Assembly: GCA_963707025.1 (NCBI GenBank)
Contig: CAVPOM010000006.1
Span: 416,001-480,000 of the forward strand
Length of the DNA stretch: 64,000 nt
Direction of reading: 5' to 3'
From: an uncultured Verrucomicrobiae bacterium
GTDB taxonomy: Bacteria; Verrucomicrobiota; Verrucomicrobiia; Limisphaerales; Palsa-1400
Made by a program: the position numbers and the translations under genes. The notes under the pieces are model-generated. The model made no database searches and had not been told where the DNA came from. It saw nothing but the letters and a program-made list of their open reading frames with translations. Positions 51,032 through 64,000 of this stretch are shown here, piece after piece; within the stretch, counting starts at the first letter, position 1, and each line of letters begins with the position of its first letter.

Positions 51032-51910
51032 TCAAAGCGTCAGCCCCGACTTCGGTTTCTCCGAAACCGCCCGCCTTTTGTACTTGTCAGAAGTTTCGCG
51101 CAAGACCGCCGCTTCCTCCGGCGTCAGGCTCTGTAGGCCTTTTTCCGAAATCTTCGCCAGGATGGCGTCAATCTGCCCCTCCGTTCGCTGGTGCTCCGGC
51201 AGTGCGGATGGCCTGGGCTTTTTGGCCATCCTGGGAAAGGGCAGGCGGCCCGCCGGCAGGAACAGCGGATTCCTGGCCAGATACAGGAAGAGCAAAATCG
51301 TCCCAATCGAGATCGCGGCAAAAAGCCGCGGGCTGGCCGTGATGATGGAGGGATGCAACCCCGCCGCCGTGTATAATCCCACCAGCGCGCCCCCCAAATG
51401 AGCGTCGTGCCCCACATGGCCGATCTGGTTTTTCATCATATAAATGGAAGCGCCCAGATAAAGGATGGCGAACAACCAGCCTGGAATGTAAATCGGTATC
51501 GGGATGAGTCCAATGCGGATCCCTGGAAACAGAAAAATGCACGCCAGCACGATGCCCGACACCCCGCCCGAAGCCCCATAGGCCCGGTAATCATGGTGCC
51601 GGTGCAGCAGCAGCGAGAGCAAGCTCCCTCCCACAATGGCGGCGAAATAAATGACCAGAAACTCCAGCCCGCCGTAACTCAATTCGATCCTCGGCCCGAA
51701 GAAATACAAACTGAGCATGTTCATCCCCAAATGGTACCCGTTGGCGTGCAAAAACCCCGAGGTCAAAAGCCGGTAATACTGCCGCCTTCCCAGGATGGCC
51801 TCCGGCCAAAAAATGTATTTCTCCTCAAAACCCGCGCTGCGGAATCCCGCGTAGGAGAAACCGCAGGTGAACAGAATCACCAGCCAGTTGCAGAGGGCGA
51901 TGCCTTCCAT
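51032..51910 (-). CDS. Rhomboid intramembrane serine protease
   Basis: YRLLTSGFLH, HLGMNM, GASG, HDAHLGGA; C-terminal IDAILAKISEKGLQSLT. Confidence 0.92.
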   Translation of the reverse strand: MEGIALCNWLVILFTCGFSYAGFRSAGFEEKYIFWPEAILGRRQYYRLLTSGFLHANGYHLGMNMLSLYFFGPRIELSYGGLEFLVIYFAAIVGGSLLSLLLHRHHDYRAYGASGGVSGIVLACIFLFPGIRIGLIPIPIYIPGWLFAILYLGASIYMMKNQIGHVGHDAHLGGALVGLYTAAGLHPSIITASPRLFAAISIGTILLFLYLARNPLFLPAGRLPFPRMAKKPRPSALPEHQRTEGQIDAILAKISEKGLQSLTPEEAAVLRETSDKYKRRAVSEKPKSGLTL

Positions 51911-51936
51911 GTCAACAAGATTGCGTGCGGCGCTGG

Positions 51937-52680
51937 TTATGGCTCGTCATCCGCCGCTTCTTCCGCCCCGTCAGGCCGGCCCGACTGCGCCGGAGGAGCG
52001 GGGGCCTGCCCGCCCGGGCTTTCCCCGGCCGCGCCTGGCGCGGAGGCCGGAGCAGCGCCCTGCGCCGCAATCCCCGCCGCGGCCACCAGGCGGGTCAGGT
52101 TGTCCGGAAGGGGCACGACCGGTTTCACCGTCTGCTTCCGGCGCGGTTTCGCTTTTGGCGCCGCTTGGATCTTTCCAGGAATGGCAGGCTTCACCCGATC
52201 CGTTCTGACCGCGGCCTCCGCGCTCGCCTGCACCGCCGCCTTCCTGATGGGCCGGCGCGGCTTCCGCACCGCCACTTTCCTCATGGGCCGGCGCGCTTGC
52301 TGGACCGCCGCCTTCTTCATGGGCCGGCGCGGTTTTTTCGACGCCGGCTTCCGCGGCACCACCGGCTTCCGTGCCACCGCCGCTTGCTTCCGGCTTGCCG
52401 CCAATCTTCTGGAGCTGCGCTTGCGCCGTCTCAAATACGCCGCCTTCCGCGCCGCCGCCAAAGCCGCTGCCTGCAACTCCTCCGCCTCCTGGCGCGCCTT
52501 CTTGGAGGCCTTGCGCGCCTGCTTAAAGTCGCGCCGCGCCTGCTTGAGCCGTTTCTTCGACAGACGCGCCAGAACTTTGGCGTCCCTGGCTTGCTCCGCC
52601 GCCGCTCTGGCCTTCGCCGCCAGCGCGCGCGCCTCCCCGGCGGCCGTCCGCGCCGGGTTGACCGGAATGGGGTTTTTCAT
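51937..52680 (-). CDS. Lys/Arg/Ala-rich basic protein, histone H1-like
   Basis: KKARQ..., repeated KPRRPMKKAAVQ / QARRPMRKVAVR / KPRRPIRKAAVQ. Confidence 0.65.
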   Translation of the reverse strand: MKNPIPVNPARTAAGEARALAAKARAAAEQARDAKVLARLSKKRLKQARRDFKQARKASKKARQEAEELQAAALAAARKAAYLRRRKRSSRRLAASRKQAAVARKPVVPRKPASKKPRRPMKKAAVQQARRPMRKVAVRKPRRPIRKAAVQASAEAAVRTDRVKPAIPGKIQAAPKAKPRRKQTVKPVVPLPDNLTRLVAAAGIAAQGAAPASAPGAAGESPGGQAPAPPAQSGRPDGAEEAADDEP

Positions 52681-52795
52681 GATTTTCACGGAACAACCAA
52701 TAAACCCGGCGAAACACCAACCTCAAGACAATTATCATGCCCGGAACCGCCGCCTCCTTGACATCCGCCGCTGCTTCAAGAAAGCTATTACCCCT

Positions 52796-54615
<1,820 letters not shown>

Positions 54616-54616
<1 letters not shown>

Positions 54617-55203
54617 TGTCATCCGAACAGAAAGAGCCCGGGGAAATCCCCGCCGCCGTGGCCGTGGAACCGCCGTTGAAAAAGCGCGCCGTCACGCTTT
54701 ACGCCATCATTATTTTCAAGCTGGTCAAAGGCCTGCTCTGCGTGGCGCTGGCCCTGGTCATCTACCACGAGGCCAAAAAGGACATGTCGCGGGACTTCCA
54801 AAGCTTCCTGCAATCGCCTTTTGTCAAAACCGTGTTTGGCGAACTGAGGATCCATCCGGAGAGCAAGTTCTTCATCGGTCTGGCTAAAAGCATTGGCGAG
54901 TTGACCGCGGCCAAAGTGCATCGGGCGGCGTGGGGCGCCCTGGTTTTGAGCCTTTTTCCGCTGGTGGAGGGGATCGGCCTCCTCTTTCGCGCCCCTTGGG
55001 CTGGCTGGCTGGCCATAGGCGAATCGGCCTTCTTCCTCCCCATCGAGTTTTACGAGATGCTGAACCAGGAAGTGGCAAATCCGGCCAAATTTCCGTGGTC
55101 CATTTTCGTGGTCACCATCTTCAACATCATCATCGTCTGGTATCTCTACGACAATCGCGAGGTCCTCTTCCACCACCATCATCGCCGTCCGCGAGGCGGT
55201 TGA
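54616..55203 (+). CDS. DUF2127-like membrane protein
   Basis: IIIFKLVKG, LVEGIGL...WAGWL, FLPIEFYE, NIIIVWYL. Confidence 0.8.
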
Positions 55204-55283
55204 TGAGCCGGTTTGGAGAGGCGGTTGCTTGCCCCTACCGGGTGCGGATGACCGGAAGAATTCTGTCCCGCGCCTGGCGGGGG

Positions 55284-56663
55284 TTACAGGCTGGCGGCGC
55301 GGTCCACGTCGAAGCCGCGTTCGCGCATGCGTTGGAGTTTGTAGATCAAAGCGCGGCGGCTGATGCCCAGGGCCTTGGCGGTGGTGGTGCGGTTAAAATC
55401 CTGCTTGCGCAGGGTCTGAAGAACTGCCTGGTATTCGATTTCCTCCAGGCGGTGGACGGCGGCTTCGTCCACGTTGACAGGGGAGCCGGCAACGGGACGG
55501 ATGCGGGCGGGAAGGTGCTCGGGCATGATGAGTTCGCCGCGGGAGAGAAGGGAGGCGCGCTCCATGGCGTTGCGGAGTTCGCGGACGTTGCCAGGCCACG
55601 AATAGCGCGATAAACATGAGGTGGCGGCGGAGGAGAGTTTGGCGCGGCCCTGGGTGAATTCGTTGAGGAATTGATGGGCGAGGGGGAGGATGTCTTCGGG
55701 GCGCTCGCGGAGGGGAGGGACATTCAATTCGACGACGTTGAGGCGGTAGAAGAGGTCTTCGCGGAAGCGGCCGTTTTTGACTTCCTCCTCGAGATTGCGG
55801 TTGGTGGCGGCGAGGATGCGGGCGTTGACGCGGACTTCGGCGTTGGAGCCGATGCGCTGGAAGCGGCCATCCTGGGCGACGTGGAGGAGTTTGGCCTGGA
55901 GGGGAGGGGTCAGCTCGGCGATTTCATCCAGAAAAATGGTGCCGCCGTCAGCCATCTCGAAACGGCCAATGCGCTGGGCGACGGCGCCGGTGAAGGCGCC
56001 CTTTTGATGGCCGAAGAGTTCGCTTTCCAGCAAATTTTCCGGGATGGCGGCGCAGTTGAGTTTGACGAGCGGGCCGGCGGCGCGGGGGCTCCAGGCGTGG
56101 ATGACATCGGCCACGGCTTCCTTGCCCACGCCGCTCTCGCCGGTGATGAGGACCCGGCTTTCGGAAGCGGCAATGAGGGCGCAGTCGCGGAAGAGGGCGT
56201 CCATGAGCGGGCTGGCGGCGATGATGTGAGGGGGCAGTTTTTTTTGATCGGAAAACTTGACCGGGGCGGATGTGGAAAGGCCGGCGGCCTGGCGGACGGA
56301 GGAGAGCAGTTCGTCCAGGTCAATCGGTTTGGCCAGATAGTTGACGGCGCCGTCGCGCATGGCCACGACGGCATCGCGGATGTCGGCATGGGCGGTGACC
56401 AGGAGAATGGGGAGGCCGCCGCGGAGCTGGCGGGCGCGGCGCAAGGTTTCCAGGCCGGAAAGGCCGGGCATGCGGACGTCGGAAATCATCATGTCCACGT
56501 TTTGGGAGCGGAGGACTTCCAGGGCGCGCTCGCCGGAGGGGACGGCGACAGTTTGGAAGCCCTGGCTGGCCAGGAACGAGTCCAGAAGGCTGCGCTGGGC
56601 CGGATCGTCATCCACAATGAGGATGGCCGGCCCGGCGTCGTTGTTGGAGGCATCCGGGGGCAA
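55284..56663 (-). CDS. Sigma54-dependent response regulator (NtrC/AtoC family)
   Basis: ILIVDDD, DVRMP, GESGVGKE, ESELFGH.KGAFTGA, FLDEI, WPGNVREL, HTH. Confidence 0.96.
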   Translation of the reverse strand: MPPDASNNDAGPAILIVDDDPAQRSLLDSFLASQGFQTVAVPSGERALEVLRSQNVDMMISDVRMPGLSGLETLRRARQLRGGLPILLVTAHADIRDAVVAMRDGAVNYLAKPIDLDELLSSVRQAAGLSTSAPVKFSDQKKLPPHIIAASPLMDALFRDCALIAASESRVLITGESGVGKEAVADVIHAWSPRAAGPLVKLNCAAIPENLLESELFGHQKGAFTGAVAQRIGRFEMADGGTIFLDEIAELTPPLQAKLLHVAQDGRFQRIGSNAEVRVNARILAATNRNLEEEVKNGRFREDLFYRLNVVELNVPPLRERPEDILPLAHQFLNEFTQGRAKLSSAATSCLSRYSWPGNVRELRNAMERASLLSRGELIMPEHLPARIRPVAGSPVNVDEAAVHRLEEIEYQAVLQTLRKQDFNRTTTAKALGISRRALIYKLQRMRERGFDVDRAASL

Positions 56664-56669
56664 TGTTCT

Positions 56670-58160
56670 CTAATCTTTGCCGCAAAGCTTGATGTGGGCA
56701 ATGCGAAAAAGAGCGCCGGCGGGGTCGTTGGGCAGGCATTCGATGTCCCAGCCGTGGGCCTGGACGATTTGCTGGACGACGGAAAGGCCCAGGCCGGTGC
56801 CTTCGGGATGAGTGGTGAAGTAGGGTTTGAAAATCTCGGCGCGATTGGCTTGGGGGACGCCCGGGCCGTTGTCGGAGATTTCGATGAAGGCCTCCTCGTT
56901 GTTGCGCTTGCTGGCGCGGATGCGGATTTCGCCCTTGGCGGGCACGGCCTGGACGGCGTTGAGGACGAGGTTGAACAGGGCCTGGCGGAGGAGCTGTTCA
57001 TCGGCCTCGATGGTGAGCGGCTCCATGACGATCTGCAACTGGATGCTCTTTTCCTCGATGTCGTAATTCAAGGTGCGGGCGACTTCGCCGACGACGGCGC
57101 CCAGATCGGTGGGGGCGCGGCGGACTTCGCGCGGGCGGGAGTAGTTGATGAATTCGTTCAACTGGGCGGTGACGCGGTCGGTTTCATCAATCATGTCGCG
57201 GGTCTTGGCGCGGATTTCGGGGGTGGCGTCCTGCTGTTTGGAAATCATCTGGGCCAGGCCGCGGATGATGTTGAGGGGGTTGCGGGTTTCGTGGGCCAGG
57301 CCGGCGGCGGCGAGGTTCATTTCCTTGAGGTGCAGGTTCATTTCACTGGCGCGGACCAGGCGGAGCTGGAGATCGCTAGTTTTGACAAGGCTTTGCCAGG
57401 CCAGACCGTAGCCGACGACGCCGGCGGTGCCGAGCAGGCCGATGATGAGGCGGATGAGGAAGTCGGCGCGGTCGGCGTCGTGAACAGGCTGGGTGGACAT
57501 GCCGACGAAGAAATTATGGGCGCCCAGCTTCTGGCTCATGGTTTTGTATTCCTCCTGGGTCATGAAGGAGGGCTGGACGAATTCGGGGCGGCCTCTTCGC
57601 CCGCGGAGTCTGGGTGGGGTGTTTGTGGCTGGGGCATTGGCCAGGCCCGTGGCGGAATTAGTGGTGGCGGCGGTGGGGTTGCCGTTGGTGGCAGAGCCGG
57701 CGGAGCGGACCATGTTGGTGATGGTTTCAAAGGGGAGAACGATCAGGTCTTCGCTGAGGTTGGTTCCCAAATCCACCAAATTGGGGAGCCAGACGATGGG
57801 GCCGTCCCAGTGGGGGCCGCTCTGCATTTCGTCGCGGGGAAAATCCACATTGGTGGGGGCGGCGGCGGCAATGTCCCCGTCCCGGTTGACCAGCACCACC
57901 GAGCGCAGTTCGCCGGAATTGGTTTCGCCGGGCCTGACCAGTTGGCTGATGGTGGACTCCAGGTAGCCCTTGGAAACGACCAGTCTGCCCGGCGCGCGGA
58001 GAATGCGGCCGCAGGTCATGGCGACATAGCGGGCGCGCTCCTGGAGCAAGGCGCGCGCGGCGTTCTTGACACGGGCATGCTCAGCCACCTGCCAGGCGAT
58101 CAAGGCGGCCCAGATGGCGAAGAGCATGCCATAAACCAGGGCATTGCGGCGCGAGGTCAT
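56670..58160 (-). CDS. Sensor histidine kinase (two TM)
   Basis: LAHETRNPL, NLVLNAVQA, DNGPG, GTGLGL. Confidence 0.94.
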   Translation of the reverse strand: MTSRRNALVYGMLFAIWAALIAWQVAEHARVKNAARALLQERARYVAMTCGRILRAPGRLVVSKGYLESTISQLVRPGETNSGELRSVVLVNRDGDIAAAAPTNVDFPRDEMQSGPHWDGPIVWLPNLVDLGTNLSEDLIVLPFETITNMVRSAGSATNGNPTAATTNSATGLANAPATNTPPRLRGRRGRPEFVQPSFMTQEEYKTMSQKLGAHNFFVGMSTQPVHDADRADFLIRLIIGLLGTAGVVGYGLAWQSLVKTSDLQLRLVRASEMNLHLKEMNLAAAGLAHETRNPLNIIRGLAQMISKQQDATPEIRAKTRDMIDETDRVTAQLNEFINYSRPREVRRAPTDLGAVVGEVARTLNYDIEEKSIQLQIVMEPLTIEADEQLLRQALFNLVLNAVQAVPAKGEIRIRASKRNNEEAFIEISDNGPGVPQANRAEIFKPYFTTHPEGTGLGLSVVQQIVQAHGWDIECLPNDPAGALFRIAHIKLCGKD

Positions 58161-58168
58161 GCGGGTCC

Positions 58169-59416
58169 TCAGTGTTGACGAACCGGGGCGGGTTGGGCCA
58201 GCCCCGAAGAGACGCCGCCCGGCGGGTTGGGCGATTGCGGATCAATGTAGGTGTCGCGCTCTTTTTGGTCAAACGCCTTGGCGGAGATGCCGGTGCGGCT
58301 GGTTTCATCCACGGACATTCTGGCCAGGTCCTCCGGCGTCTTGATGACGGTAGGCGTGATAAAAATGATCAACTCGGTTTTGGCGTCGCTCTTTTGCTTG
58401 TGTTTGAAGAGGTTGCCCAGAAGCGGGATGCTTTGCAGGACGGGGATGCCGCTGTCGGTGACGGTCTTGCTGTCCTGCATCAGGCCGCCGATGACGACGG
58501 TCTGGCCGGAGGGGGTGAGGACGACGGTGTTGGCCGAACGGGTGTTGATATACGGGGTGCTGAAATTGCCGTTGGTGCCGCCGGAGATCTGGGTGGATTG
58601 CGGCGCCACCTCGGAAATCTGGGGCGCCAGGATCATTTCCACGTCGCCATTGGGGTAGATAAAGGGCGTGACATTCAAAATAATGCCGACTGGGATGTAG
58701 GAGATGGAACTGGTTTCCTGGCCCAGGGCGCTGAAGGTGACGCCGTTGATGATGGGGACGGACTGGCCGATGACAATTTGGGCCGGCTGGGCGTGGCGTG
58801 CCAGAATGGTGGGTCGGGAGAGGACTTCCACTTTCCCCTTCTCTTGAATGGCGCGCAAGAGGAGGGAGTAATCATTGCCAGTGAAGGAGAGCAAAGACGC
58901 GCCCGGCAGGGTGTTGAGGCCGGCGGTCGGGGTGATGCCCTGGGCCGCCAGGCCAAACAGATTGCTGTAGCTCAACAACTGGGAGCCGTTCTGGAGATTG
59001 TGGGAGATGCCTCCTTCCAGGCCAACGTCCAGGCCGTTATTATAGGTGACCTCCAAAAAGACGCATTTGATGAAGACCTGGGGCTTGGGCCGATCCAAAC
59101 CTTTGAGGGCGGCGAGGACGGCCTCGTTGTTCAGATCGCTGGTGATGTAGATGACCGAGCCGGTGATCGGGTCAATGGTAAAGGTCACAGGAGCCACCTG
59201 GCCCTGGGCCGGGTAAGTGGCCGAGCCGGCCGCGCCGGCACCGGCCCCGCCGCCGCCGAAGCCGCCGCCGCCGCCGCCGAAGCCGCCGCCGCCGCCGCCG
59301 CGTCCGCCGCCGCCGCCGCCGCCGCCCCCTCCTGCCAGAGCGGGCAGGACCATGGAGAAGCAGACCAAGGCTGTGAGCCACTGAGTAACCGGGAGTTTTG
59401 GAGTGGTTGTCATCAT
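58169..59416 (-). CDS. Secretin (GspD-like) barrel protein with its own signal peptide and one N-type domain
   Basis: LDRPKPQVFI...EV, VLSRPTIL, VGIILNVTP, TVVIGGL, GIPVLQSIPLLGNLF, TELIIFITP. Confidence 0.9.
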   Translation of the reverse strand: MMTTTPKLPVTQWLTALVCFSMVLPALAGGGGGGGGGGRGGGGGGFGGGGGGFGGGGAGAGAAGSATYPAQGQVAPVTFTIDPITGSVIYITSDLNNEAVLAALKGLDRPKPQVFIKCVFLEVTYNNGLDVGLEGGISHNLQNGSQLLSYSNLFGLAAQGITPTAGLNTLPGASLLSFTGNDYSLLLRAIQEKGKVEVLSRPTILARHAQPAQIVIGQSVPIINGVTFSALGQETSSISYIPVGIILNVTPFIYPNGDVEMILAPQISEVAPQSTQISGGTNGNFSTPYINTRSANTVVLTPSGQTVVIGGLMQDSKTVTDSGIPVLQSIPLLGNLFKHKQKSDAKTELIIFITPTVIKTPEDLARMSVDETSRTGISAKAFDQKERDTYIDPQSPNPPGGVSSGLAQPAPVRQH

Positions 59417-59435
59417 ATAATAATTAGTCAAAGGA

Positions 59436-61135
59436 TTATGGGGAACGCAGTGCCGAGGTGCCGCCGCCGCCCGTGCTCACGGCGCTGCTCAGGGAGGTGG
59501 AGGAGGACATGGAGGAGGACATGGCTTGGGCGCCGGATTGCATGCGCATCAACAGGGCATTCTGCTGAGTGGTCGTGCTGGAGGTCTTGCCAGTGGCCAT
59601 GAACAAGTCCTGCAGGGGACCCTGCAGGTCCAGGACGTCGGCAAACATCGGTTGGAAAACGTGAACGCTGACATGGCCGGCCGAGTTGCCGTCCAATTCA
59701 TCAATCATTTTCTCGATTTGCGTCATGGTATCTTTGGAGGCGGTGACCAGGACCGATTGGGTGCGCGGATCAGGCACGGCATTGACGGTGACTTGCTTTT
59801 TCAGGCGGTCGCTCATGCCCTGCGCGGCAGACGCCGCCGTGCCGCCACCCCGGCCAAATCCACCGCCGAGGAAATTCGCGGCGCCCCGGCGGCCGCCGGT
59901 TTGATTCTGGCTGGCCTGGAGGTTGGGATCGGGGAACAGGGCGAGGAGTTCGTTGGCCACATCGGTGCAATCGGCATTATGGAGGCCGAAGAGGCGGATC
60001 TGGACGGTGTCTTCCTGGGGAATGTCCAGCTTGTCAATAATGTTGGAGATGCCGGGCATGAAGTCCGACGGGGCGCTGACCAGGACGGCGTTGTTCTGGT
60101 CATCGGAGACGGCGTTGACGTGAACGGCGGCACGCTTGGAGCTTTCGTCGGCGCCGGCGGCGGCGCCGCCACCACCGCCACGACCCCGGCCGAAGAGGGC
60201 GAAGGGGTTGACCCCGGGAGTAGTGTCCTGACTGGTGAAAACATCCTTCAATTCAGAGGCGATGGCCTTGGAATCGGCGTACCTGAGCAAGAAGACTTGG
60301 AGGTCGCCATTGCCGGTGCTGTCAATCGCGGCGATGATTTGGGCAAAGCGCCGGATGTCCGACCGTTTGGCGGTCATGATGATGGCATTGCCGGCTTCGT
60401 TGGAATTCATTCTGGCGCCGGGAGGAATGAGGGTGTAGAGATCCTTGACGGCCTGGGTGGGATTGAGGCTGTGAACCGGAATAACCTCGGTGACAAACTC
60501 TGCATCTTGCGGAACCTGATCCCATTTCGTCAGCACGTCAACCGGCACCCCCGCGTTGGAGGCGGCATCGTCCAGGGTCATGATGGTCAGGGTCTTCTTG
60601 TCCTGGATGGCCGTTAAGCCGTGATCGGCCAGCACCTTGTTGAACAGGGGAACGAGCTCCTCCTTGCTGATGGGCTGTTCGCTCACCAGATCCACCGTGC
60701 CATCAACGCGGGTGCTGGCCTGGCGGTTGATGGTAAAGCCCGCTGACTCGGTCAGGAAAGCCAAAGCCCTGTCCACGCTGACGCCGCGCAAATTCAGGGT
60801 CAAGCCCTGATCGGCCGTGCCGGCGGTCAAGTCGGCATTGGGGCCGCGCTCCGGAGACGCCGCCGGCGCGGCGTTGGTCTGATTGGCGGCCGGCGTGGCG
60901 GCCGGCGGTGTGTTGGTGTCCGGGCTGGCCGGCTGGGCCGTTTGTCCGGCCGGCGGCTGCGGGGCGGCGTCTTGCGGCGCGGCGGGCGCGGTGGCGGCAA
61001 ACCATCCGGCGATCAAGCCGGCCAATAATAGAGGTGACATGTTTTTCATAGTTTTGGAATCTCCTGGGCGCGCCTGGATTTTGGCCGGAACGCCTTGTGC
61101 GAAGGTGGTGGAATTTAAATTGGTGAAGAAGTTTT

Positions 61136-61139
<4 letters not shown>
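59436..61139 (-). CDS. Stand-alone secretin N-domain protein (N0 plus NolW-like repeats, no barrel)
   Basis: LTLNLRGVSVD, FLLRYADSK.IA.EL, DDQNNAVLV, LHNADC, PDPRTQSVLV..IEKMIDELD. Confidence 0.85.
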
Positions 61140-62335
<1,196 letters not shown>

Positions 62336-62341
62336 GGCACG

Positions 62342-62895
62342 CTATTGTTGAACGCTATTGGTTGGAGGGTTGAGGATCAAGCCGCTGACCGTCAGGCCAA
62401 GGGCCAGTTGGAATCCCCGGTCGTCCCGGGAGGACAGTTCGATGGAATCCACTTTCAAGCCCATCGGGCTGGTTTCCACGAAATAGAGAAATTTGAAGAT
62501 ATTGTCCAGACTGCCGGTCACGTCGGCGTGCCATTCCTCGTTTTTATAAGTCGCGGCCGGGTCGTCGGCTTCCTTGGCCTGCGGTTGTTGGCGGACCAGA
62601 TTGACCGGGCTGGCCAGCGCCCAGGTCTGGAAGGCCTTGAACAACCGGCTTTCCGCCCGGTGGGGTCCAGGGGGAGAGTGTTGGTGGACATTCGGTTCCA
62701 CTCGTTCTGGATGGTGGTGGCGTTCTGCAGGAGGTTGTGCCCGGTGGCGATGGCATTTTTTCTGTCTTGAATTTTGTCCTGGCGGCCGGACCAGCTATTG
62801 TAGAGCGGGGTGATGACCAGATAATTGAGCAGGAGCAGTCCCCCGGCGACGAGGGTGATAATGAGCAGCATTTTTTCGCGTTTTTTAGTTTCCAT
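62342..62895 (-). CDS. PilO/GspM-like protein; 1-nt frameshift near 62656-62658
   Basis: KKREKMLLII TM start; second frame GSLDNIFKFLYFVE...LKVDSIEL...LALGLTVSGL. Confidence 0.7.
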
Positions 62896-64000
62896 TGGTT
62901 GATTCCTCTCCGGCTCTGGGTTTCCATTGATAGGTCAAATTGTATTGGATCTGGGGCGGGGTGCCGGCGGTATCGGCATGGAGATCGGTCACGCCCGGAG
63001 TTTTGCCCAAAGTTTCCCGCATGATATTAAAATCGCCGATGCTGGTGGCCATGCCGTGAACGGAAACAGTGGACAGGTCGCGGATTTCCATGTTCTTGAC
63101 GGTCACGCTGCCCAGGACGGGCAGGGCGGAGGTCAATTTGGCCCAGATGGTCAAAGCGCGGCAGGAAGGGTCGAACCACGGGCGGTATTTCTCAATGTTG
63201 TCGTTGTCTCTTTGCAGTTCAGTGACTGTGCCCTCGATGGCTTTCCACTGTTTGTTCAAGCTGTAAAGCCGGATTTGCTGCCAGCCAAACAAGCCGCCCA
63301 CCATCACCACCACGACCGCCGCGGCGCCGCCGGCGTAGGCCAGCTTCTGGGTGGACAGCTTGGTGGAGACAAACTGCCGCCAGGGGGAGATTTTTGGGGG
63401 AAGAAAATCAGGGCCGACATCGCCGCTCTGGACGTAAGCGGCGGCCAAGGCGAGGACGGGCGAGGCCGCGATCTCGGGTTTGGGCGCCTGGTCAAAGGTG
63501 ACGGAGGCCGGGCGGTCCATCGGCTCGACTCTCAATCCCAGCGCGCTCAGGCGGGGCGCAATGTCGGTGATGAATTGCCGGGTCACGTCCCCTTCGCCAA
63601 AAACTTTGATGGGGCCCGGCCCGTCGGAAAACCCGCCGGGCAACTGGCCCAGGGTGATGCGCAGTTCGCGCGCCACCAAATCGGCCGAAACCCTGCGGCG
63701 CGCCCCTTCTGTTTCCATGGCCGCATCCAGGGAGCGCAAGGCGATGATGCCGCCGCCGCCGGTGACCTGCAATTCCAGGCCGTGATTGCTCAGGGCCATG
63801 GTGAGGACGCGCTGACTGGCCTGCTGGGTGGGGCTTTGGGCGGCGCTGATGCCCAGGGCAAAGGCCAGCGGCTTGAGTTTGGCGGCGCGCAAGGCCCGCT
63901 CCAGCAAATCCAGATGGTTGCGGGGCACGGCCAGGAGCGTGGCATACTCATCCTTGTTGGGCGCCTTAAAGCGGGAACGGGTGATGAAGAGCGATTCGTA
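62885..64000 (-). CDS. PilM/PilN (GspL-like) fusion protein, 5' part outside the window
   Basis: ARELRITLGQL, DFLP motif, TM, coiled coil, PilN-like VTVKNMEI...VSVHGMA. Confidence 0.7.
   Translation of the reverse strand, partial: YESLFITRSRFKAPNKDEYATLLAVPRNHLDLLERALRAAKLKPLAFALGISAAQSPTQQASQRVLTMALSNHGLELQVTGGGGIIALRSLDAAMETEGARRRVSADLVARELRITLGQLPGGFSDGPGPIKVFGEGDVTRQFITDIAPRLSALGLRVEPMDRPASVTFDQAPKPEIAASPVLALAAAYVQSGDVGPDFLPPKISPWRQFVSTKLSTQKLAYAGGAAAVVVVMVGGLFGWQQIRLYSLNKQWKAIEGTVTELQRDNDNIEKYRPWFDPSCRALTIWAKLTSALPVLGSVTVKNMEIRDLSTVSVHGMATSIGDFNIMRETLGKTPGVTDLHADTAGTPPQIQYNLTYQWKPRAGEESTNGN

Noticed and set aside
51398..52795. 1072-aa GlyRS with a 466-aa N-terminal extension
   Set aside because: The extension is the antisense shadow of the rhomboid and basic-protein genes; GlyRS homology starts at 52796.
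55671..59602. Long plus-strand ORFs (835 aa, 476 aa) and similar antisense ORFs elsewhere, e.g. 13097-14953 and 23887-25254
   Set aside because: Stop-poor shadows of high-GC genes on the opposite strand, with no recognisable motifs.

Overview
High-GC bacterial chromosome segment, most consistent with Verrucomicrobiota subdivision 3 (Pedosphaera/Limisphaera-like). This placement is inferred from gene style: membrane-fused ECF sigmas, an ECF-Ser/Thr kinase pair, alpha2-type GlyRS and no rpmD in the spc operon. 1-9.7 kb is the distal spc/alpha ribosomal operon (rplX end to rplQ), with many Ala/Pro/Lys-rich protein extensions. The rest mixes housekeeping genes (glnD, Cu-ATPase, psd/pssA, glyQS), four ECF sigma factors, four type II TA pairs, a sulfatase and its maturase, and the 3' end of a T2SS-like cluster with a split secretin and a sigma54 two-component system. 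The most unusual region is ~21.9-26.1 kb: a patchwork of 5'-truncated gene pieces (RAYT-type transposase tail, Rhs toxin tip, an unknown C-terminus), each starting right after a GGTYTGAYCCC motif. It is bracketed by inverted copies of a ~105-130 bp element, and a third copy abuts a variable-tailed ECF gene. Also present are an IS4-family element with a 9-bp target duplication, two copies of a 121-bp MITE carrying a REP doublet, and several REP-like and short tandem repeats. Five single-base frameshifts at short homopolymers probably reflect long-read consensus errors. All assignments are by eye; no searches were run.
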